A stretch of DNA of 55,069 bases. Source: an uncultured virus (IMG/VR IMGVR_UViG_2049941000_000050) (taxonomy: Duplodnaviria; Heunggongvirae; Uroviricota; Caudoviricetes). The first letter of the stretch is position 1, and every line of letters starts with the position of its first letter. Positions 45,066-52,242 of the stretch are shown piece after piece. Under the pieces are notes generated by a model that had not been told where the DNA came from, ran no database searches, and saw only the letters and a list, made by a program, of their open reading frames with translations. The position numbers and the translations under genes were made by a program. The stretch lies in the IMG/VR virus record IMGVR_UViG_2049941000_000050; one strand, given 5' to 3'.

Positions 45066-45293
45066 TCAATTATTCGAGACTTGCTAGAACGTCATATAGT
45101 TCAAGATATCCCGTATCTGGACCAGCGACTGCATCAGTCGGTCCTGGACCTTGTTTTTCTACTCGTCCTGAAGCCTATTAGTCAGGGTCTCGGTGTAGAA
45201 CATTATGTCATTAACCGTCACGTCCCTCAGCATCGAGAACGGGTCGATTTTGTATCGCATCCACAGCATCATCTCTATGTTGATTATGGACAT
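45066..45293 (-). CDS. Small baseplate/tail assembly chaperone, gp51-like (75 aa, two TAGs); possibly made as a -1 frameshift fusion with the gp26-like gene
   Basis: MSIINIEMMLWMRYKIDPFSMLRDVTVNDIMFYTETLTNRLQDE*KNK...; reads through TAGs at 45159 and 45084 to TGA at 45066, 8 nt before the next ATG. It lies between the gp26-like gene and the tape-measure-like genes. Confidence 0.6.
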
Positions 45294-45322
45294 ATACGTA
45301 CACCTGTCAATAGACTTCAGAA

Positions 45323-46201
45323 TCAGAAAAAATCGATGAGGCTCCCGATGCCCTCCGAGGATTCCGCTCCGCAAAAGGCGCACTTCTCGTACTGGAACAC
45401 GGAATTGAGCCGTTCGATGAAATTCTTGGTTATGTAGTTTATCACCCCGTCCTCGGAAAATACGACGTTCTGAGGGAACATGTCGATTAGCTTTTCGATT
45501 TCGGAATACGTCATAAGGGTCAAATCCGCGGAAAGTGCGGAAGCCGGGTCGTCTTTGTCGATTACGTCGATTCGCTTAATGAAAAGGTTGACGTACTCGA
45601 TATTCCCGAAATTGTCCAGAATCTGCATTTCGGAGTCCGTCAACCCCTTGTACTTCTTCATGTAGTCCTTGTAGAAGTTGGAGACGGTTCTGACCAGCGG
45701 GTAGTTCAAAGTGAACTTAAACACGCGGTTCTGGTCCTCGATTGAAAGGATTCTGTCCGAAAGGTCGAACTTGTCGAACCGGTCGATTATCCGCTGGAAG
45801 TCCAGCTTATATACGTTCTCTTTCCCGCACTCCTTACAGACGTACTTAATCTCGTTCTTGAAATAGTTCGTCTGGTAAAGCTCCATCAGGAGGCGGATTC
45901 GGTCGAACTCGGTCAGCCTGTAAACGCTGAAACCGTCCTCGAGGCAGAGGGAGTTGATGAGCTGGCACTGCGTGTCGTAAACTATATCCTTCCGTCTCTC
46001 GTTCTGTATGGTCGTTTTTGAGAGGGTTTTCTGCTCGTTGACCGTAACATCGCGGAAAGCCACCTCGCGGTCGAGGGAATTCACGCGGATTTTATACACG
46101 GTCGTGGAGAACTTTTTCTGAAACGCGCTGAAAATCGCGTTGCTGTCCTGTAACGGGTTCCTGACTGCGGAAACCTGTGCGTTTTCTTCGGTTTTATCCA
46201 T
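45323..46201 (-). CDS. gp26: Baseplate hub assembly chaperone, gp26-like (292 aa from ATG 46201; TTG 46228 is an alternative start)
   Basis: YKIRVNSLDREVAFRDVTVNEQK...LTEFDRIRLL...CKECG...LNYP...CAFCG...SLIDFF*. Two CxxC motifs and the terminal DFF are typical of T4-like gp26 homologues; GGAG lies 6 nt before ATG 46201. Confidence 0.75.
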   Translation of the reverse strand: MDKTEENAQVSAVRNPLQDSNAIFSAFQKKFSTTVYKIRVNSLDREVAFRDVTVNEQKTLSKTTIQNERRKDIVYDTQCQLINSLCLEDGFSVYRLTEFDRIRLLMELYQTNYFKNEIKYVCKECGKENVYKLDFQRIIDRFDKFDLSDRILSIEDQNRVFKFTLNYPLVRTVSNFYKDYMKKYKGLTDSEMQILDNFGNIEYVNLFIKRIDVIDKDDPASALSADLTLMTYSEIEKLIDMFPQNVVFSEDGVINYITKNFIERLNSVFQYEKCAFCGAESSEGIGSLIDFF

Positions 46202-46236
46202 AAAATACTCCGGTACAATGTTACTCAATACCGAAA

Positions 46237-46243
46237 TATTTAC
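46237..46243 (-). promoter_or_regulatory. Putative late promoter GTAAATA (gp26-like)
   Basis: Lies in the short intergenic gap after TAA 46248. Confidence 0.65.
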
Positions 46244-46247
46244 GGCT

Positions 46248-47492
46248 TTAGAGCGTCTCGATGGTCATAAAATCGAAGGAAAACTGGACTTGCCTGGTCA
46301 TGTTCTGCTCGGGGGACTGCGACGGGTGGATTAAAACCACCTGCGATGGTCTGCACCCGAAGAAATGGTACCTCACGTTCGAATGCTCCGTGAAGTCGAA
46401 CGTCACGGTGGCGGTGGTGTACGGTTGAGACTCGTATACCCATTTCGGGAAGGTCACCTCCCTCATCCATGGGTAAAAAACGTTCTCGATTACCGGCTTC
46501 TCGAGGTTTAGAACCTCTATCTGGAAACGGTTGTCCGAGGTTTTGACTATGGTTCCCGGAACCGGGAACTGACCCATATAGGTCTGGGTGTCGTCACCGC
46601 CCTGCTCTATCGTCGGGAAGGTCACTTTCTAAATGTAAATCCCGAAATCGAGGAGAAAATCGTTGTTTTGGAAGCGTTGTTTAACATATTCCTACACCAA
46701 GTCTTCCTCTTTATAAGACTCACTACCCATATCCTGACGATTTATAATGTGTCTGACGGTTCCTACTTCCCCGGAATCAAATTTATTGACATGGCTTTTA
46801 ATGAGGGACTGGTTAATCCCGAAATCTACAAGCTTGTTTATGACGTTGGATTGTGAGGAAAACGTTTCTCTACTGGAAAGCGTATACTGGAGTCCCAATT
46901 CTAGATTTTCTTGAAAATCACCCCGTCCGTATACGGCGCGACGCCCTTCCCAAGTTTGAAAAAAATCAGACTCAACCACGTTCGGGTAAAATTTGAACCG
47001 GCATTCGAAAGTTACCAGCGGGTCAATATGCTCGACCATCCTTTCCGACGAGAAGAAATCGTAAAAACCCTTCATACCGTCGAATTTTTTATGTTCGTTG
47101 GTCTGCTCGTAACTTACGCCGTTGTCTCCGTTGTCGCCAACCCCCCGGGCGGTTTCGGATTTGGACAGTCTGGAAAGGCTTTTCTCGTTCTTACTCCCCC
47201 CGAAGGCGTACCTTATGTTGTTTATGGTCCCGGAAACCGTTTTCCCGAGGTTTTGGACGACGGTGGAACCGACGGCTTTCGCCCTCCCGAGGGTGCCAGC
47301 CGCCCTCGCGACTATGTTCCCGGAGGTGGAAATGATGTTGGTGGCGTTCCTCTGCAACCCGGTTCCCTGGTTAATCAGTCCGGAAACCTTTTTGGGTTTG
47401 GACATCACGTCGTTGAAAGCCTTCTGGGAACTACTCCCGAGGTTTCTGTTGACTTTCTGGAGTCTGTCGGTTATGTTATCGATGGCTGACAT
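46248..47492 (-). CDS. Protein with C-terminal tail tube-like domain (414 aa, two TAGs)
   Basis: ORFs 46692..47492 and 46248..46625 join in frame across TAGs at 46692 and 46629. YI*KVTFPT parallels FCQGVSVPG; C-terminus ...FYPWMREV...YHFFGCRPSQV...QVQFSFDFM; TAA stop. Confidence 0.7.
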
Positions 47493-47505
47493 TTTCTCAC
47501 CCGGG

Positions 47506-48132
47506 TTAGCTGATTATTTTGACGGCGTTCGAGGACCGGGTTTGGGTTCCCGGCCCCGAGGTTCCGGATATTTTGGACCAGGGGGCGTAGTCCATGTAGG
47601 AGGCGTAGCAGTTGACAGTGAAGATTGACATCGAGTTATCTGTTGGGGAAAAATCCAAATTGGAAACCTGGTTTATCCTGACGCCGTAAAGGGCGATGTT
47701 CATCCCGGAGGTGTTGACGAAATCCGACCTTGCCTTAATCGTGAGGTTCCTGGCACCTCGAAGAACCCTTCCGTTCTGGGGGTGTTTCGGTTTTCCGTCC
47801 ACCGGATTTCCATTTTCATCCTTCTGGAGCCTTCTGAGGTAGTCGTTTATCGCGGCGGTCCTGAACTGGTTAAAGGTCATCCCGGAAGCGTCGTTTATCA
47901 CAGTCATCTGGAACTCGTGCTCCTGTTCGGAGACTATCGGGACCTGGAAAGACCTCCCCCTGAAAAAAACCTCCCCGTTGGCGGTCTTTATGCCGGGGAC
48001 GGACACGCCCTGGCAGAAAAACTTAAAATCCTTGAACTCCCCACCGCTAAACACGGCCTCGAAGTTCGACTTGATTTGGACGCCGTACCTGTCTATCCCC
48101 TTAAGGAATTCGTTCAGACCGGAATAACTCAT
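47506..48132 (-). CDS. Tail tube-like protein (gp19/gp54-like, 208 aa)
   Basis: KSNFEAVF...FFCQGVSVPGIKTANGEVFFRGRSFQVP...FQMTVIND...LDFSPTDNSMSIFTVNC resembles the tube fold; adjacent to the tail tube; TAA stop. Confidence 0.75.
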   Translation of the reverse strand: MSYSGLNEFLKGIDRYGVQIKSNFEAVFSGGEFKDFKFFCQGVSVPGIKTANGEVFFRGRSFQVPIVSEQEHEFQMTVINDASGMTFNQFRTAAINDYLRRLQKDENGNPVDGKPKHPQNGRVLRGARNLTIKARSDFVNTSGMNIALYGVRINQVSNLDFSPTDNSMSIFTVNCYASYMDYAPWSKISGTSGPGTQTRSSNAVKIIS

Positions 48133-48140
48133 AATACGAA

Positions 48141-48180
48141 AAATACCTCCGTTTTATTTACGGGAAAAACGGAGGTATTT
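48141..48180 (-). promoter_or_regulatory. 15-bp perfect hairpin with a late-promoter motif in its loop and the GGAGG RBS of the next gene in its 3' arm; also terminator-like
   Basis: aaatacctccgtttt (48141-48155) and aaaacggaggtattt (48166-48180) are exact reverse complements. GTAAATA on the - strand is at 48155-48161; the T-run continues after the stem. Confidence 0.75.
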
Positions 48181-48208
48181 GGAAATTTTATCCTTTTTAA
48201 AAAGAAAA

Positions 48209-48778
48209 TCAGACCTGACCGACGAGTTTACCGTCGGCGGAATCCTCGATTTTCCAATAAACGGACTTGAGCGAAACCTCGAAGGTTGCGGCGGCGGAAT
48301 CGTTGTTGCTCATCGAAAAACCGCCGACGTTCCCAACCTTGACGCCAACCAGTTTGATGACCTCGATTACGGTCTGCATGTCGCTCGCGAGGAGCTTAAG
48401 CCGGACGCACGCGGTGGTGTTAAACGTGCGGTCACCGGCGAACACGGAACCCGCCTCGATATCCGGGTCGGCGACTTTCGCGGCCCAGGCAAGGAATGCG
48501 CGGCGGATTTCACCGGCTTGGTCGGAACGGACGGTGAGGGAATGGTCCTGCTCCATCTTCATTACGGTGGGAACCGGTACGGTGAAACCCTTAAACCCGA
48601 CGTCGATGTACTCCTGTGACCTGTTCGGTGCCTGAAAACCCTCGGCGTACATGGTGATGTGTTGGAAAACGTCGTCGATTTCCGGGTATCCGGTCGTAAT
48701 CTCCAGCTCGTACATGTTCTGTGTGCGAAGCTGGTTTGTCGACATCTGATTCAAAAACTGGTTGAGTGGAATAGCCAT
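48209..48778 (-). CDS. gp19: Tail tube protein (189 aa, no TAG)
   Basis: LRTQNMYELEI...APNRSQEYIDVGFKGFTVPVP...IRRAFLAW...TFEVSLKSVYW matches the T4 gp19 tube pattern; lies directly after the sheath genes; TGA stop. Confidence 0.88.
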   Translation of the reverse strand: MAIPLNQFLNQMSTNQLRTQNMYELEITTGYPEIDDVFQHITMYAEGFQAPNRSQEYIDVGFKGFTVPVPTVMKMEQDHSLTVRSDQAGEIRRAFLAWAAKVADPDIEAGSVFAGDRTFNTTACVRLKLLASDMQTVIEVIKLVGVKVGNVGGFSMSNNDSAAATFEVSLKSVYWKIEDSADGKLVGQV

Positions 48779-48808
48779 GTTAAACCCTTTAAAATTCTGT
48801 TACACGGT

Positions 48809-48815
48809 TATTTAC
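48809..48815 (-). promoter_or_regulatory. Putative late promoter GTAAATA (tail tube)
   Basis: GTAAATAACCG downstream of the terminator and 30 nt upstream of the ATG. Confidence 0.7.
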
Positions 48816-48897
48816 TGCGAAACCATCTTAGGAGAAGACGCACATCGGGAGAATGGCGTTTTTGTAAGGAAGATAGTTATATCCCTCCCTTGAAGCT

Positions 48898-48924
48898 GGC
48901 AACCTCTGAAGAAGGTTGCCTTTT
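48898..48924 (+). terminator. Hairpin/terminator-like element on the + strand
   Basis: ggcaacct-ctgaaga-aggttgcc followed by tttt, in the sheath 2 / tail tube intergenic region. Confidence 0.5.
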
Positions 48925-48939
48925 CTCGGCATAAGAGCT

Positions 48940-48975
48940 ATAAAAAACTCGGGGAGAAATCCCCGAGTTTTTTAT
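48940..48975. terminator. Bidirectional intrinsic terminator after sheath 2
   Basis: Perfect inverted repeat ataaaaaactcgggga-GAAA-tccccgagttttttat, giving a U-tract on both strands, about 22 nt downstream of the sheath 2 stop. Confidence 0.85.
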
Positions 48976-48997
48976 TTTTATTTTTTTTTCCTCAGAA

Positions 48998-51900
48998 TCA
49001 GAGTTCTGTCCAGCTTCCGCCGGAAGGAAGGATGACGAAATCGACCATAATGAACTCAATCGCCTTGACCGGTTTGATTCCGATTTGGGCGTGAAGCTCG
49101 TTGTTATCGATTGTGACCGCCGTGTTGTTGGTCTCGTCGCACTTGATGGTGTAGTCGTAAAGTCCGCCGCCCAGCTTAACCTCGTTGAAGTACGGGGTAA
49201 GAAGGTCGACCATCCTCTGACGGTTGTAAGCGGTGTTACCCTCGAACAGCATATAGCGTAAAACGTTGTAGGTTGCGCGTTCGAGACGCAGGCAGAGCCT
49301 CCGTACGTTGACCCTATCCAGCGCGGTGGGTTTGGTTTGGAGCGTTTTCTGACCGTCGATGACGATGCCGTCCCTCGGGTAGTTTGTGCAGTAGTTCCAG
49401 TTCTTGGTGTATATCTGCCCAGCTTGCTTGTTGGTGGGCGAGAATGCCAGGTCCAGCGCGGAAATGCGCCCACGGGTTAACCCCGCCGGGGCGTCCCAGT
49501 AGTTGTAGTTGAGGTCCGTGAAAATATACGAGCCGCAAATCTTGATGGACGGAGGGCACCAGAAGTAGTCGCCGGAGAACTCGTCCGTCACCTGGAACCA
49601 GTTGCAGTAACCGGCACCGTAGGAGGTGTTGATTCCGGTCAGGTACTTCATGAACGGGAGGATGTCGGACTCGATGCTGTTCGTCGGCTTGGACGGACGG
49701 ATAATCTTCCGTTGACCCTGCAAGCAGAACGGGCGGGGACCGTCGGCGATGAACATGCAGTCGCGGCGGACATTCTTGCAGAAGTTGTCAAGCTTCTGTA
49801 TGACCGTCTTCCACATTTTGACGTCGCTATCCTTTCTGCACTTCCAAACCGCCGCCTCGGGGGAGGCAGGCTCATACTTGCCGCGACCGCCACACACAGT
49901 TCTGATATATTGGGCAATGTTGCTCACGCCGCCGTCGACAACGATGTCAAGCTCGCGCTCGTTGATGTCCGAAACCTTGTCGAACATAATATCCATACCC
50001 TTGAGAATCGACTCGGAGATATCGATATCCTTCTGGCACATGTCCTTGAAGAAACCGAGCATTCCGACCTTCGCGTCATCGTGCGGAATGACCAGAATGT
50101 CGACGTTCTTGTTGAACGCGTCTTTCATCGCCTCGGTCGGAACGCAGTTCGAGAAGAGGTTGACATACTCGGAATTCTCGTTAACGACGGTGTCGATGAA
50201 CGTGTCCGCGTTCGTATTCGGGTTCTTGGAGCCGCGCTCGAGCGAGCCGACGAAAGACTCCAAAATCTGGAAAGAAATCTTGTTCCCCTCGCTAGCGTCG
50301 AGGTAAGCCTGAACGACCACGAGACCGATTTTCCTCATATTTTCGCGGTCGAAACCGCCGTCCGCCTGGAGGGTGATGGGCGGGAAGAACCCGTCGGCGT
50401 CAATCGCCAGTGAGTCGAAGAAATCGTCCTTGTTATCGTCCTCAGTCTTTTCGTTGTTGATGCGCTGGGATATAATCGCAACGCCCGAAAGGTCGGACTT
50501 AATCTGGTTGGTCTTAGTTCCGTCGTCGTAAGCGAGTGTCGTAACGTCCTTAATCGGCTCGTAGTCGGTCACGCCGTCTTGCGCGACCTCAATGAGCTTC
50601 TGGGCGTAGAGGGCGTTCGCGGCGGTGGTGACAATTGGGATGATACCGATAATCTCACACTGCTTGTCTTTGCGGTTCTTGTCCTCCGGGACCTTCACGT
50701 ACTGGCGGCGGGTCTTATCGATGATGACGATTTCGTTTGTTCCGACGCGGGATTCTTCGGTGCGGTATTGGTCAACCTGGTCCATCGAGACCAGGAAAGG
50801 CGTCCCGTTCGAGGTAATCTCGCGGTATTTTTCTACCGTGGGGTCGGCGGCCTTGATTTCGGACCATTTCAGAGTTTCGTCAATCGTCTTAAGAATGCTG
50901 TCATTGAAGAGCTAACGGTCTTCGCTCAGCTCAGAGAAGAAATCGTTCGCCGTTTCGTCGATTTCGTCCGGCTCGCACTGAACAAGGTCATACTTACCGT
51001 TCCTGATTACGTCGAGAATCTTAGCGTAAACCGCCCTCTTGTCCTCATCGGTGGAACAGGTCTCGTTGCACCCATCGACCCCCATGCGGAGCTGGATGGC
51101 ATCATAACCTTCCTGGTATCGGACGGAGAGACCGTTGATGTTCTCGTAGCGGACCGTGTTGACGCTCTTACCCTTCGCGGCGAAAAGCGCGAAAACGTCG
51201 TCTGTGTTATCATCTTCGGTGCCGGGGTCGGAAGCGACCAGACCGTCAAGCTTATCAATCAGGAAATCGGAAAGCTGTCCGGAGCCGACGTTCACCTCGT
51301 CGGACTTGGCGGTCAGAATCGCGAAGTGCGCTTCGGTGTCGTACCCGAGGTAAACCGAGACAGTCTGCTCATAACAGTCGGTCAGAGCGGTTTCCTGGAC
51401 TGTGTCGATGGAGTAAAAGGCGGTCAGCTTCGGCATAATGCCGTCGAGATTGGTAATAATCTGCCCGCAATACTCCAAAAGCTCGGACTTGGAGATGGTT
51501 TTGTCAAAATCTTCGATGATTTTTTCTAGTGTTTCGCCCTCACCGGCGTAAACCTCGATAAAGGACTTGCCGCTAACGTCTTCCCTGCCGTCGCTTCTCT
51601 CGACTGTGTTGACGTTATCATTTAAAACCGCGAAGTTTTCGGCGTCTTGAAGGGTAACCTTGTCCACGGAGTCGGTCACGGCGTAGGTGTTCAGGAAAAA
51701 CTGGATTAAATCGCGGTTGTATTTCTGGCATTCCCCGTCGTGAAGCTTCTCGGCAACCTGACCGATGTCCGATTCTGGGTCCTGAATCTGCTCGAAAACC
51801 GTGGAAATGGTCTTTTCCGACGCAAAATTCAGCTTATACTTCACTGCGGCGAATTTGTTCCTAGACTCGTTGTCGTAGGGGAGTTTGCAACAGTTAACGA

Positions 51901-52141
51901 CGCCGTTCTGGTCGATTACCTCCATGGAAGCCGCGTAAAAATACCGCTCCGCCTCATTTTTCGGTTCGCCGTAGTAGCTCAGCCAGGCGTTTTTCGAGGT
52001 GAAAACCATCGGGATGTAATCTTCGCCCGAGTTGGCGAATCCGGTAACCAAAACCTTCGTCCCGGTCATGACCGGCGAGTACTGAGACTTGTCAATCTCT
52101 TTTATCTCTACGCCGGGGGCGTCAATCGTTCTAATAGCCAT
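48998..52141 (-). CDS. gp18: Tail sheath protein, paralogue 2 (1047 aa, one TAG)
   Basis: N-terminus AIRTIDAPGVEIKEIDKS; WDAPAGLTRG, GQKTLQTKPTALDRVNVRRL, KCDETNNT...IKPVKAIEFI. ORFs 50912..52141 and 48998..50785 are in frame across the TAG at 50912. AAAGGA RBS upstream; TGA stop. Confidence 0.94.
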
Positions 52142-52184
52142 GTGGGTTATCCTTTATCTGAGAAAAATTCTTAGGTCTTTCCGT

Positions 52185-52191
52185 TATTTAC
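52185..52191 (-). promoter_or_regulatory. Putative late promoter GTAAATA (sheath 2)
   Basis: Intergenic GTAAATAACGG upstream of the AAAGGA RBS. Confidence 0.7.
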
Positions 52192-52242
52192 AGAAACGGG
52201 ACGAGCTCGGAATTCCAGACAACCCAGACTGTTTTCGGGTCG

